Below, in pieces: positions 9,370 through 19,648 of a stretch of DNA of 58,729 nucleotides. A model generated the notes under the pieces. It saw only the letters and a program-made list of their open reading frames with translations. It did not search any database and had not been told where the DNA came from. The DNA comes from an uncultured archaeon (GTDB taxonomy: Archaea; Aenigmatarchaeota; Aenigmatarchaeia; CG10238-14; SCSR01), in assembly GCA_964373665.1 (NCBI GenBank), contig CAYJVM010000003.1, forward strand, positions 1 through 58,729. The letters run 5' to 3'. Positions within the stretch are counted from its first letter, which is position 1. Every line of letters begins with the position of its first letter. The translations under genes and the position numbers were made by a program.

Positions 9370-12300
9370 ATGGAGTCCGACATTAACCAAAGAGTTGTTC
9401 TTTCTGGGGAGCAAAAAGGGCTGAAGATACCTCGGATGTTCACGAAGGATGGTGAGGACGCATATCAAGCTGTAGAGTGGGAAAAGAGAACGTCGTTAAT
9501 CAAAAATCCTGACGGCACTATAGTTTTTAAGATGGACAATGTTGAAATCCCGAAATTCTGGTCGCAGACGGCCGCGGACATTCTCGCTCAAAAATACCTG
9601 AGAAAAAGAGGCGTGCCTCAAGTTGATGCGAGTGGCAATCCGATTTTAGATGCTCATGGAAGGCAACTTACTGGAAGCGAAACTTCATTAAAGCAGGTTG
9701 TTCACAGACTTGCAGGTTGTTGGACTTGGTGGGGAAACAAGTTCAATTATTTTGCGACGCAGGAAGACGCGAAAGCTTTCTACGATGAGATTGCATTTAT
9801 GCTCTTGCGGCAGTTTTGTGCTCCAAATTCTCCACAATGGTTCAACACAGGATTGCATTGGGCATATGGGATTACAGGACCTGCGCAAGGGCATTGGTAT
9901 GTCGATCCTGATACAAAACAGTTAGTGCAGTCACAAGACGCATATTCACATTCACAATGCCACGCGTGCTTTATTCAACCGGTAAGAGACGAGTTAGTTA
10001 ATGAAGGTGGTATTTTAGATCTTGCAGTTAGAGAAGCAAGAATTTTTAAATATGGAAGTGGCTGTACTTCAGGCGAATCCTATATTTACACAGACAAATT
10101 CGGCCTAATGAAAATAAACGAACTATTTGAAAAGTTCAAACATATAGGAATCAAAGATTTTGACAGGAAAGGTAAGTTTGTTAATGTGTCCAAATTAGGA
10201 ATTCATACCATTTCTATGACGAATGATGGTATTTTCGAAAAGGATCTAATAGAAAAGGTGTGGCAATATGATGTTTCAAAAGAGGATAAACTAAAAGTCT
10301 CTTTATCTAACGGTACTAGAGTCGTTGTTTCGGCATGGCATCCGTTTCTTGTTTGGAACGGAAGAAAAATCGAAGAAAGAAGAGCAGATCAATTAAATAG
10401 AGGTGACGCAGTTTTATCTAGCAATTCCACCATTAAGAGGATCTTACCTGAAGAGAATGTATCAATCGAATGGACTTCCAAATATTTCAAAGAAGAAGAA
10501 AAAAACACCGTCAAGGTCGACAAAGACTTATCATGGTTAATTGGATATTTCATAGGAGACGGTTCATTAGGAAAAAGAAAACAAAAGGTAAAAGGAAAAC
10601 TCTATGAAGGATTAAGATTACGATTTTTCGACGAAACTTTATTAAGTTTAGAAAAAGCCAAGGTAATAATAAAAGAGAAATTCGGAGATTACAGCAAAAT
10701 ATCATACGATAAAAGAAGCAAATGTCTTGTTCTCTACTGCTTAGGAAGGAGAACTACAAGTTTTTTCTCAAATATAACGAAACCAAATAAAACATATTCG
10801 ATCGAATTCCCGGAATTCATCTTAAAATCACAACTAACTAATATTTACTCTTTCTTAGCAGGCTTGATAGACTCCGATGGTCATGTTACAGCAGAAGGTA
10901 AGACCGCGTATTCAACTGCTTCCAGATTATTAGCAGAAAAGCTCTCAGTTTTAAGTTCTCTATTGGGATTCGGCGGAGGAATGGTCAAAGATGATAAAAC
11001 CTACATAGTGACTCTAATAGCAAAATCGACCAACTCATCGAAGTTAATGAAAGTTTTAGAAAATATGAGTAATCCAGGAAGAAAGGAAAGACTATCCGAG
11101 TCTTTACTAAGAGAAAACCATCGAAAGCGTTTTACTATACCATTATCAGAAGAAATATTTGGCCAGGCATTTGATATTCCATCTAAAACATCTAACTGGT
11201 TATCTTATTCGGTAGGGACATCTACTTTTCATTTAGGTAGATTAAAATATGAAGGTGTTATAAACCCTGTAAAGTTGAAGAGGCTGTTATTTGAAGTCGA
11301 TACTACAGATGCAACAGAATTTTTAAAAAGAATTAGCGAATCTGCAACTTTTGTTGAATCCATCGAAACAACAGACGAAAATCCAGAGTTTTTCGATCTA
11401 ACTGTCAATAAAAATAATAATTATCTTGCAGGACAGCATGGGTTAGTTGTAATTCACAATACAGGAACTAACTTTTCGAATCTAAGGGCGAAAGGCGAAC
11501 CGTTATCTGGTGGTGGAACGTCTTCTGGGGTTATGTCATTTTTGAAAATCAATGATGTTGTTGCAGGATCTATAAAATGTGTGCACGAAGATACAGAGCT
11601 TGTTACAAAAAACGGTATTAAAAAGATTAAAAATGTTAAAAAGGGGGAGTATGTCTTAACAAAGAATGGATTTAAAAAAGTGTCGAATGTTTTTGACAAT
11701 GGCGTTAAAAATCTAGTAAAGATTAGGACGTCATTAGGATTCGAAGTTCTATGTACGCCTGAACATAGATTTTTAGTTAGAACATCTGATGGCGAAGAAG
11801 TTTGGAAGGAGGTAAAAGATATTACTCAGGATGATTTCATAAACATTGATTTTTCCGGTTATGAATACAACGACTTCAAAAAATTGAAGCCTGTCGGTTT
11901 AAATCATCACAATGAAAGGAAAATAAAATTACCTGAAATTTTAGATGAGAAATTTGCCGAATGGCTAGGATTGATATATGGTGACGGAAGTGTAACAGAA
12001 ACACGACATGCTTCTTATGTTGGTATACAAATTGGCTTGGACGACAAAGATATGAGCGAGAAATATAAAAAACTTTCAAAGGAACTTTTTGGTATACATG
12101 TTTATGAAAATAAAAGAAAAGACAAGCACGATAATTCGATAAGCTTGAGGATTGCATCAAAACCTTTAATAAGATTTCTTAGAGAAAACGATTGTTTAAA
12201 GACGTCTTCTACCAAATTATCCATACCGTTATTGATAAAAGAATCGCCTAGTTCGGTTCGAGCGGCCTTCTTGCGTGGACTCTTCGAGTCTGACGGCACA

Positions 12301-15267
12301 ATTGAGAGGCGGATGTACCCTTCGTGCTCATCTGTGAGCGAAAGGATGGTTAAAGACATTCAATCACTTCTTCAAAGTATAGGCATTCTTTCCAAATCAT
12401 CCCATTCTGATAATAGATCCGGTGCATACGGGATCTTACCTATTCATAGAGTGCTAGTTACATCGTTTTTTGGCATAAAAGAATTTGCCGCAAAAGTATC
12501 ATTCCTTTCTGATAGAAAAAGACAAACAATGCTGGAAGGGCTAAAATGCTTAGAGAATAGGGATTTTGAACAGCAGTGGATCTTACCTTATTTTGAAAAT
12601 GATTTCGAAGAAATGTATGCAGGGTTACCTGGTGGAAAATATGACGTTCGAAGAGCTGCCAGCCAGCATTTCCGAGAAAGTACAGGCAAAACCAACTTTA
12701 ACAGATTCAGAGCCAACAAACTTCTAAATAAGTTTGTACAGCTGAAAGGAAGTTTTATAGAACCATTATCGAGATCCAATGTTTATTATGATAAAATCAC
12801 AGTTGAGCCGTTCGGAGACGGACACGTTTTCGATCTAGAAATACCTGACGGAAATCAATATCTTATCACTGGAATAGTCTCTCATAATTCTGGCGGCACT
12901 ACACGTCGTGCAGCTAAGATGGTGCTTTTGAATATCGACCATCCGGAGATTGAAGCATTCATAAAATGGAAGGCGAATGAAGAGAAAAAGTTTGCAGCGC
13001 TGGTTGGCGCCGGATTGGTAAAGGCTGATAGCATCGAATCGGCGGGCGAGCATGTATTTGGCCAGAATTCAAACAACTCTGTTCGTGTGACAGACGATTT
13101 CATGAAGGCTGTTATTGAGGACAAAGATTGGAACCTGACATGGAGAACCGACGGGGGAATCGCAAAGACAGTAAAGGCCAAGTATTTATGGGATGCAATC
13201 GCGCAGTCTGCGTGGGAGTGTGCAGATCCAGGGCTACAGTTCGATACGACTTATAATGATTGGCACACATGCCCAGCATCTGGAAGAATAAATGCAACTA
13301 ATCCATGTAGTGAGTACGCTTTCCTTGACAATACAGCATGCAATCTTGCATCGCTGAATTTGGGAAAATTCATGGAAAACGGCACATTCGATGTAGAAGG
13401 GTTCAAGCATGCTGCAAGATTATGGACGATAGTTCTCGAAATCTCAGTTTTAATGGCGCAATATCCATCTAAAGAAATTGCACAATTGAGCTATGAGTAC
13501 AGAACGTTGGGGTTAGGCTACACGAACCTAGGATCAATCCTCATGAAATTGGGAATTCCTTATGATTCTGAGAAAGCAAGAGCTATCGCTGCGGCACTGA
13601 CGGCGATAATGACAGGCGAAAGTTATGCTGCTTCGGCAGAGATGGCCAGTGTGCTCGAACCGTTCCCAGGATTTGAAAAAAATAAAGAGCACATGTTGCG
13701 CGTCGTCAGAAATCACAGGAGAGCCGCATACAATGCGCCAAAGGAAGAATATGAGGGATTGCATGTTATTCCACCTGGAATTGATCACACTGAATGTCCT
13801 GACTATATGCTCAAGGCAGCAATTGCATCTTGGGACAAGGCTTTGATGCTTGGTGAAAGGTATGGATACAGGAATGCGCAAGCGACTTTGATTGCACCTA
13901 CAGGAACAATAAGCTTTGTGATGGATGCTGATACAACAGGAATAGAGCCGGACTTTGCTTTGGTCAAGTTCAAGAAACTTGTCGGCGGTGGATACTTTAA
14001 GATAGTGAACCAGACAGTGGAACCGGCGTTGAAGAATCTCGGTTATACTAAAGAGGAGATCAGAGAGATTTTGAGGTACATGGTTGGCAGCAACACTTTC
14101 GAAGGGTCACCTTACATCAATGCCTTTACGCTGAAAAGGAAAGGGTTCTCTGATGCCGACCTTGAAAAGACGGAAAAATTATTGCACGGCGTTTTGGACT
14201 TGTCATTTGTTTTCAACATAAGCACTCTTGGGAAAGAGTGCATTGAAAGATTAGGGTTCAAGCAAGCCCAGTATAATGAGCCTGATTTTGATTTGTTAAG
14301 GGCCTTGGGATTCAGGGATGATGAGATTGAAGCGGCTAATGAATTCATCTGCGGGACGCAGACTATAGAAGGCGCTCCGCACTTGAAGGCAGAACATTAT
14401 CCGATTTTCGACTGTGCGAACAAATGCGGAAAGAAAGGAGAACGATATATTAATTACATGGCGCATGTTTACATGATGGCGGCAACGCAGCCTTTCTTGT
14501 CTGGAAGCATAAGCAAGACTATCAACATGCCCAATCATGCGACTGTTGAGGAGATAGAGAAGGTTTATTTTGAATCGTGGAAACTTGGATTAAAGTCTCT
14601 GGCGCTTTACCGCGACGGAAGCAAGATGCTGCAACCTTTGTCGGTTTTCAAGCAGCAGAAGCAGGAGACGGCAGCGCCTGTTAGGAAGAAATTGCAGCAG
14701 GAGAGAAAGGCGCTGGCTCACAAGTTCAGGATAGGAAATCAGGAAGGGTACATACATGTTGGATTGTTCGAGGACGGACATCCTGGTGAGCTGTTTGTGA
14801 CAATGGCCAAGCAAGGAAGCACGTTGTCAGGACTGATGGATGCTTTTGCGCTGACTGTTTCCATCGGGTTGCAGTATGGAGTTCCGCTGAAAGTTCTAGT
14901 GAGCAAGTTCATCAACAGCAGGTTCGAGCCGATGGGCTGGACTGATAATGAAGAGATACCTGTGGCCAAGTCGATTATGGACTATATCTTCAGATGGATG
15001 GCTTTCAAGTTTTTGGCTAGAGACGATTTGAAGGAATTGGGATTATTGAACGGCGAGAAGATTATTGTTTCCGGCGAGGAGGTTGAGGGTGTGGAGAGCC
15101 AGAACCAGAATGTTGCAAGACTGACGCAGTTTGTGCATGAAAGGGAAGAGCACAAATATGACATGTCTGGAGATGCGTCGACTTGCTCAGAGTGCGGATC
15201 TCTGATGGTTAGGAGCGGTTCTTGCTATGTCTGCACCAGTTGCGGGAGCACGAGCGGCTGTTCTTAA
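9370..15267 (+). CDS. nrdJ: Class II (adenosylcobalamin-dependent) ribonucleotide reductase with two inteins
   Basis: PNSPQWFNTG, HACFI, NPCSE, CNLASLNL, APTGTIS, ISKTINMP, C-terminal CxxC Zn ribbon; 1062 aa after removing inteins. Confidence 0.95.
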   Translation: MESDINQRVVLSGEQKGLKIPRMFTKDGEDAYQAVEWEKRTSLIKNPDGTIVFKMDNVEIPKFWSQTAADILAQKYLRKRGVPQVDASGNPILDAHGRQLTGSETSLKQVVHRLAGCWTWWGNKFNYFATQEDAKAFYDEIAFMLLRQFCAPNSPQWFNTGLHWAYGITGPAQGHWYVDPDTKQLVQSQDAYSHSQCHACFIQPVRDELVNEGGILDLAVREARIFKYGSGCTSGESYIYTDKFGLMKINELFEKFKHIGIKDFDRKGKFVNVSKLGIHTISMTNDGIFEKDLIEKVWQYDVSKEDKLKVSLSNGTRVVVSAWHPFLVWNGRKIEERRADQLNRGDAVLSSNSTIKRILPEENVSIEWTSKYFKEEEKNTVKVDKDLSWLIGYFIGDGSLGKRKQKVKGKLYEGLRLRFFDETLLSLEKAKVIIKEKFGDYSKISYDKRSKCLVLYCLGRRTTSFFSNITKPNKTYSIEFPEFILKSQLTNIYSFLAGLIDSDGHVTAEGKTAYSTASRLLAEKLSVLSSLLGFGGGMVKDDKTYIVTLIAKSTNSSKLMKVLENMSNPGRKERLSESLLRENHRKRFTIPLSEEIFGQAFDIPSKTSNWLSYSVGTSTFHLGRLKYEGVINPVKLKRLLFEVDTTDATEFLKRISESATFVESIETTDENPEFFDLTVNKNNNYLAGQHGLVVIHNTGTNFSNLRAKGEPLSGGGTSSGVMSFLKINDVVAGSIKCVHEDTELVTKNGIKKIKNVKKGEYVLTKNGFKKVSNVFDNGVKNLVKIRTSLGFEVLCTPEHRFLVRTSDGEEVWKEVKDITQDDFINIDFSGYEYNDFKKLKPVGLNHHNERKIKLPEILDEKFAEWLGLIYGDGSVTETRHASYVGIQIGLDDKDMSEKYKKLSKELFGIHVYENKRKDKHDNSISLRIASKPLIRFLRENDCLKTSSTKLSIPLLIKESPSSVRAAFLRGLFESDGTIERRMYPSCSSVSERMVKDIQSLLQSIGILSKSSHSDNRSGAYGILPIHRVLVTSFFGIKEFAAKVSFLSDRKRQTMLEGLKCLENRDFEQQWILPYFENDFEEMYAGLPGGKYDVRRAASQHFRESTGKTNFNRFRANKLLNKFVQLKGSFIEPLSRSNVYYDKITVEPFGDGHVFDLEIPDGNQYLITGIVSHNSGGTTRRAAKMVLLNIDHPEIEAFIKWKANEEKKFAALVGAGLVKADSIESAGEHVFGQNSNNSVRVTDDFMKAVIEDKDWNLTWRTDGGIAKTVKAKYLWDAIAQSAWECADPGLQFDTTYNDWHTCPASGRINATNPCSEYAFLDNTACNLASLNLGKFMENGTFDVEGFKHAARLWTIVLEISVLMAQYPSKEIAQLSYEYRTLGLGYTNLGSILMKLGIPYDSEKARAIAAALTAIMTGESYAASAEMASVLEPFPGFEKNKEHMLRVVRNHRRAAYNAPKEEYEGLHVIPPGIDHTECPDYMLKAAIASWDKALMLGERYGYRNAQATLIAPTGTISFVMDADTTGIEPDFALVKFKKLVGGGYFKIVNQTVEPALKNLGYTKEEIREILRYMVGSNTFEGSPYINAFTLKRKGFSDADLEKTEKLLHGVLDLSFVFNISTLGKECIERLGFKQAQYNEPDFDLLRALGFRDDEIEAANEFICGTQTIEGAPHLKAEHYPIFDCANKCGKKGERYINYMAHVYMMAATQPFLSGSISKTINMPNHATVEEIEKVYFESWKLGLKSLALYRDGSKMLQPLSVFKQQKQETAAPVRKKLQQERKALAHKFRIGNQEGYIHVGLFEDGHPGELFVTMAKQGSTLSGLMDAFALTVSIGLQYGVPLKVLVSKFINSRFEPMGWTDNEEIPVAKSIMDYIFRWMAFKFLARDDLKELGLLNGEKIIVSGEEVEGVESQNQNVARLTQFVHEREEHKYDMSGDASTCSECGSLMVRSGSCYVCTSCGSTSGCS
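10063..11460 (+). mobile_element. Intein 1 of NrdJ (466 aa) with LAGLIDADG endonuclease
   Basis: YGSG|CTSGE...VIHN|TG; motifs IGYFIGDG and LAGLIDSDG. Confidence 0.93.
11578..12888 (+). mobile_element. Intein 2 of NrdJ (437 aa) with LAGLIDADG endonuclease
   Basis: GSIK|CVHED...VSHN|SGG; motifs LGLIYGDG and LRGLFESDG. Confidence 0.93.
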
Positions 15268-15779
15268 GCTATTTTTATAGCCTTAAATTCCAAAATCCAG
15301 TCGCCGTCAGGATCAGGCACCATACCGCCGTCTTGTGCAGTGCAATCCAAACTCTTCAGCATTCTCCTTTGATGAACTTCCAAAGGAACTCCAGCTATAA
15401 ATGCGCCCATTTCCCACCACTTGCTGTTTCTGGCGCTAGTAACTTTCAACCGACTAAACCCTTCGTCATACGCTCTATCCATCGGTATCTGCAAAAGCAT
15501 TTGCCTGTAAAACAGAGGCCGCAAATAATCTTGCATTCCTTCCACACCTTGAAGCTGGTTGATCACGAATGTCCTGTCATCATAGCCATAACCCATAACT
15601 GCAGCAGGATGATTATGCGCTAGCAACAAAATTCCATATGTCCCATCAAGGTTCCAAGTCCTCTGATTTACGGGACAGAAAGAATAATCACCAGGGTTTA
15701 ATTCTTTCCCCTCTTTCAAATGAGTCGACAAATACCACGCAGAATCAAGGCTGGATAACGACAGGCCTCGCGGTGTCAT
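15264..15779 (-). CDS. Hypothetical protein
   Basis: ORF with TTTAAA box upstream of ATG 15779; INQLQG weakly VirK/GNAT-like. Confidence 0.55.
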   Translation of the reverse strand: MTPRGLSLSSLDSAWYLSTHLKEGKELNPGDYSFCPVNQRTWNLDGTYGILLLAHNHPAAVMGYGYDDRTFVINQLQGVEGMQDYLRPLFYRQMLLQIPMDRAYDEGFSRLKVTSARNSKWWEMGAFIAGVPLEVHQRRMLKSLDCTAQDGGMVPDPDGDWILEFKAIKIA

Positions 15780-15822
15780 ACTAGCTATTTTGACAAGCAA
15801 ATTTTAAATAACCAAGAAAATA

Positions 15823-16584
15823 CTATCCTATTCCAGCAACATTAGTTCCAAACAATGCACCCAATCCTAATCCAACAAAGTAACCACTCACTGCAGCCAA
15901 AGTTCCTATCAATGCAAGTTCCAAACCGCTAACAAACCAATTACCCACGGTCAATCTTGCTTTAACAACACCCACAGTAAACAACACTGCAACCGCAAGC
16001 ACGACAGATGAAATCATCGCCGGTACTATTCCCAAAAAGACAAACGGAACCAGCGGTATCAATGAGCCGATTAATGTCGCAAAAAATACAATCACAGCCT
16101 TTTTCATCGGCGACTCGTCAAATTTAGGAGAAAGATTGAGCTCCTCGGTCATCATCGTATCAACCCAGACCTTCTTGTTAGAAGTTATAACCTTCACTAT
16201 ATCGTCCAGCATCTTTCCCTTAAAGCCCTTCTTTTTGTAAATTTCGAATATCTCCTTAGTTTCATGTTCTGGTATTTCTTCGATTTCCTTTTCTTCTAAA
16301 GCGCGCTCGCTTTCATAATAGTCCTTCTTTGATTTAGTAGACGTATATGCGACAGCTGCCATTGAGATTGTTTCCGCGAAAGTAGCAGCCAGTCCTGCAA
16401 CTAGTATAACAAGAATGCTGTTAGTAGCGCTTGCTACCCCCAGAACAACACCAAGAACGTTGACCAATCCATCCTGCCCGCCAAGAATTATGTCGCTTAT
16501 CTCCCTTCCCTTAAAGTGCTTCTCGTGCTTGGTCATCATTTTTCCATGATCGTCTTTCACAGCCTCACTATTCAAGTATGTCAA
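15823..16584 (-). CDS. VIT1/CCC1 family Fe/Mn transporter
   Basis: DIILGGQDGL, AETISMA, EEL linker, PLVPF. Confidence 0.92.
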   Translation of the reverse strand: MTYLNSEAVKDDHGKMMTKHEKHFKGREISDIILGGQDGLVNVLGVVLGVASATNSILVILVAGLAATFAETISMAAVAYTSTKSKKDYYESERALEEKEIEEIPEHETKEIFEIYKKKGFKGKMLDDIVKVITSNKKVWVDTMMTEELNLSPKFDESPMKKAVIVFFATLIGSLIPLVPFVFLGIVPAMISSVVLAVAVLFTVGVVKARLTVGNWFVSGLELALIGTLAAVSGYFVGLGLGALFGTNVAGIG

Positions 16585-16790
16585 TGACGCTTTTTAAACT
16601 CGATAAAATAATCGACTAGGCATGCCGCAATATAGCTGAATAAAATCAAAATTGAAACTTTGACAATTGTGTTAATTTGAAAGTAGGAAAATATGCCGAA
16701 TGTAATGTCGGCTATTAACAGCGGTATCCCGAAAATCTTGGCTATGATTATCTTATTCAGTGTTACGCCGAAGAATTCCTTTAACCCCAT
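16581..16790 (-). CDS. Small membrane protein
   Basis: 69 aa, two hydrophobic helices, overlaps VIT1 start. Confidence 0.55.
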   Translation of the reverse strand: MGLKEFFGVTLNKIIIAKIFGIPLLIADITFGIFSYFQINTIVKVSILILFSYIAACLVDYFIEFKKRH

Positions 16791-17099
16791 CTAACCACGG
16801 GTGAATTTCGAAACGAAATCGAAGATTATGAATATTATCTTTTGTGCTAGCCATATAGCAACAATAGTTGTAATTAATGTGTTAGAGAAAATATTGAAAG
16901 ACATCGATACCATGTAGAACCCTGCTAGTATGTCTATCCTGCTCGCCCAGTCGTTCTTAGCAAAGATTACACCCTTCAGCACAAGATAGAATGCGTTGTA
17001 GAGTATGGTCTCCACAGAAAACCAACCCAATGTCGCGTTAGACATCAGCACAAGTGCCGTAACAAGATCCAATATCGTAAGGAGTATGTGAATGACCAT
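16791..17099 (-). CDS. Small multi-pass membrane protein (paralog of 17416..17727)
   Basis: Motifs LDLVTA...LKG, IDILAG...QKI. Confidence 0.65.
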   Translation of the reverse strand: MVIHILLTILDLVTALVLMSNATLGWFSVETILYNAFYLVLKGVIFAKNDWASRIDILAGFYMVSMSFNIFSNTLITTIVAIWLAQKIIFIIFDFVSKFTRG

Positions 17100-17180
17100 T
17101 TGATAAATTTGCCAAAGTAAAGTTTTAATGCTTTTGTCAGAAGACTATATATATATACATTCCAAATAATAATAGATAAA

Positions 17181-17363
17181 ATGGCAAAGCCGAGTATTCT
17201 ATGGTGGTTACTTCCTATAGTTTTTTTAGGATTAGGTGGCATTATAGCTTATTTCCTTTTGAAGGATCGAGATAAAAAATTTGCTAAGAAACTTTTAATT
17301 GCAGGCCTAGTACTTACCGGTTTAGTTATAGGTTTGACAATCCTATCATTTATGTGGTTGTAA
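17181..17363 (+). CDS. Small 2-TM membrane protein
   Basis: WWLLPIVFLGLGGIIAYF..KDRD...AKKLL. Confidence 0.65.
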   Translation: MAKPSILWWLLPIVFLGLGGIIAYFLLKDRDKKFAKKLLIAGLVLTGLVIGLTILSFMWL

Positions 17364-17415
17364 GGAAGTTTAGAAAGCGCTATATCTCAAGTCAAATAGT
17401 AACTAGTATATGTTT

Positions 17416-17727
17416 TTAAAATACGAACAATAGTGACCAGATGCCCTTTGCCAGCAAAAGCACGCCGAAAATCCACACAAAGCTTACCGGCAATCCGATA
17501 AACATCAAAAGCAAAAGCATTCCGGACAGGATGTCAACCCAGCCTAGGAAATCGAAGTAAAAGCTCTTCTGGATGCTGTAAAGCAGGGACATGATGCCCT
17601 TGAATAGGACTATAATACCCAGATAGAGAAGCAAAGAGTGCAGGAAGGATGAAACGCTGAGGACTATGAACAGGCCTCCTATCATGTCGATTAGTGCAGC
17701 CAATAGAAGCAATGTTGCAAATGTCAT
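17416..17727 (-). CDS. Small multi-pass membrane protein (paralog of 16791..17099)
   Basis: Motifs IDMIGG...FKG, VDILSG...AKG. Confidence 0.65.
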   Translation of the reverse strand: MTFATLLLLAALIDMIGGLFIVLSVSSFLHSLLLYLGIIVLFKGIMSLLYSIQKSFYFDFLGWVDILSGMLLLLMFIGLPVSFVWIFGVLLLAKGIWSLLFVF

Positions 17728-17781
17728 AACTACCGTCTAATAATGAAGACAGTAATAAGGCTTATAAAGCTTCTTCCTGCG

Positions 17782-19029
17782 TTATCTAGAAAGCTTTTCT
17801 GGCTCTTGCAACTGTGCAATCAGAACATTCAAGAATCTTGCCGCATAAGCACCATCAATAATTCTGTGGTCAAACACCAGCGACAGTGGCAGTACTTTCC
17901 TAATTTCAACTTTCCCATCGACAGCTATAGGCTTGTCGTGCATCCTGCCTAATCCAAGAATGGCAGCTTCAGGATAATTGATTATAGGTGTGGCGAATGT
18001 TCCTCCTATGCTCCCGTAGTTTGTTATTGAGAACGTCCCTCCCCTCATGTCCTGCAAGTCCAGCTTTCTCTGCCTGGCTTTTTCTGCAAGCTCTTGCATT
18101 TCTTTCGCTATTTCCAAAACACTCTTCATGTCAACGCCTTTAACTACAGGAACCATCAAACCTTCCCCGTCGACATCAACTGCAAAGCCAAAATTATAGT
18201 ACTTTTTCATGATTATTTCTTCACTATCCTCCTCAAGAGTTGAATTAACCATTGGAAACTCCTTCATTGCGACCAGACAAGCTTTCATGACAAAGGGCAA
18301 AAAGGTCAGATGAATACCCTGTTCTTTCGCCTTGAGTTTTTCGCTTTCCCTCAACGCAACCAGCTTTTGCACGTCAGCTTCGTCCATCGTGGTCACATGC
18401 GGTATATGCTTGACAGACTCGACCATGTGCTTCGCTATAACCTTTCTTATACCTTTCATCGGAATCCTGTCTATGTATCCCCACATGTCATACTTTCTCT
18501 TGATCTTCAGCTCGGGCGCCTGAGTTTTTGCTTCAGATCCCGCAGCTCTTCTGACATCTTCTTCAGTTATCCTCCCTTCGGGACCGGTGCCAGACGCCTG
18601 GGTCAAATCAACATTCAGTTCCTTCGCCATGCTTCTTACGGCTGGCGTTGCCAAGACTTGAATCCCCGCAGGTTTGGCAGGTGAAACAATTCGGGGAGTG
18701 GCTCCCTCTTCGTCCGATGCTTCTTCAAGATAACCGACTGCACCAGCAGGCTTTATCACAGGACCTCTAACTTCAGACTTTGTGTATTTTTCTCCTTCCT
18801 CGCCAATGACAAAAAGAACCTGACCGACTTTGACAGTCTCGCCTTCCTTGAAGTTGATCTTCAGCACAATGCCAGAATAAGGAGACGGAATTTCTGCAAC
18901 CGCCTTGTCAGTCTCCACCTCGCCAATAACTTGGTGCTCTTCCACTCGGTCGCCTTCTTTAATGCGCCACTTGACGATTTCCCCTTCTTCTATCCCCTCG
19001 CCGATGTCCGGAAACTTGAATTCTTTCAT
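17782..19029 (-). CDS. pdhC: 2-oxoacid dehydrogenase E2, dihydrolipoamide acyltransferase
   Basis: Lipoyl domain VETDKA, E3-binding GTGPEGRI, catalytic FDHRIIDG. Confidence 0.95.
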   Translation of the reverse strand: MKEFKFPDIGEGIEEGEIVKWRIKEGDRVEEHQVIGEVETDKAVAEIPSPYSGIVLKINFKEGETVKVGQVLFVIGEEGEKYTKSEVRGPVIKPAGAVGYLEEASDEEGATPRIVSPAKPAGIQVLATPAVRSMAKELNVDLTQASGTGPEGRITEEDVRRAAGSEAKTQAPELKIKRKYDMWGYIDRIPMKGIRKVIAKHMVESVKHIPHVTTMDEADVQKLVALRESEKLKAKEQGIHLTFLPFVMKACLVAMKEFPMVNSTLEEDSEEIIMKKYYNFGFAVDVDGEGLMVPVVKGVDMKSVLEIAKEMQELAEKARQRKLDLQDMRGGTFSITNYGSIGGTFATPIINYPEAAILGLGRMHDKPIAVDGKVEIRKVLPLSLVFDHRIIDGAYAARFLNVLIAQLQEPEKLSR

Positions 19030-19031
19030 CT
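18985..19031 (-). repeat. 47-bp direct repeat, copy 1 (pdhC 5' end)
   Basis: 46/47 identical to 19549..19595. Confidence 0.95.
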
Positions 19032-19039
19032 AACAACCT

Positions 19040-19291
19040 CTAATAATGTATTCTACCCCTGACATCTAATTTAACAACTTCGATAATTTTCCTATCGAAA
19101 TAGATATCCATAATGATTCTGAAATCACCTGTTCTTACTCTGTAAGTTATTTTGCCTATTTTCTTTATATCTAAATCCTTTGGGAAATATACTAATCCAT
19201 CCAATTTCTTAATTAATTTATTCTGAATATCAGCAGGATACTTTATTATTTTTTTCCTTACTCTCTTAGGAATCACAACCGAAAAGGTCAT
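19040..19291 (-). CDS. RelE/ParE family toxin
   Basis: 83 aa basic protein, YRVRTGDFRII, RGRIHY; overlaps the upstream antitoxin. Confidence 0.88.
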   Translation of the reverse strand: MTFSVVIPKRVRKKIIKYPADIQNKLIKKLDGLVYFPKDLDIKKIGKITYRVRTGDFRIIMDIYFDRKIIEVVKLDVRGRIHY

Positions 19292-19515
19292 TTGCCCCGC
19301 AACTCTTTTTTCAACTGTTCCAATGTTACATACTCCCCCCTTTTAATCTCTTCTCTCGATTTTTTAATTTCCTTCCGATCTTCTGTTGTCAAGTGATCTT
19401 CTGCAAGAATAGACTCGACCCTTCTCAAACTTTTTTTAACATCTTTCAGTTCATTCAGAAATTGTCTCATTATACCAAATTCCTTTCCAGGCTTGTGGTA
19501 AAGTCCCCGTTTCAT
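19288..19515 (-). CDS. Antitoxin (putative RelB-like partner)
   Basis: LTTEDRKEIKKSREEIKRGEYVTLEQL motif; directly upstream of the toxin. Confidence 0.75.
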   Translation of the reverse strand: MKRGLYHKPGKEFGIMRQFLNELKDVKKSLRRVESILAEDHLTTEDRKEIKKSREEIKRGEYVTLEQLKKELRGK

Positions 19516-19533
19516 AATTTAATTATCGAGTAT

Positions 19534-19593
19534 CTAATTTATAACAGTTTCTTCTATCCCTTCGCCGATGTCCGGAAACTTGAATTCTTTCAT
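19534..19593 (-). pseudogene. Truncated pdhC 5' fragment MKEFKFPDIGEGIEETVIN*
   Basis: First 15 codons match pdhC in amino acids, then diverge to TAG. Confidence 0.85.
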
Positions 19594-19595
19594 CT
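19549..19595 (-). repeat. 47-bp direct repeat, copy 2
   Basis: 46/47 identical to 18985..19031. Confidence 0.95.
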
Positions 19596-19648
19596 GAATC
19601 TAATTGTGATTGTTAAAAGAAGAATTAATATTTTGGCATTTAGCAACT

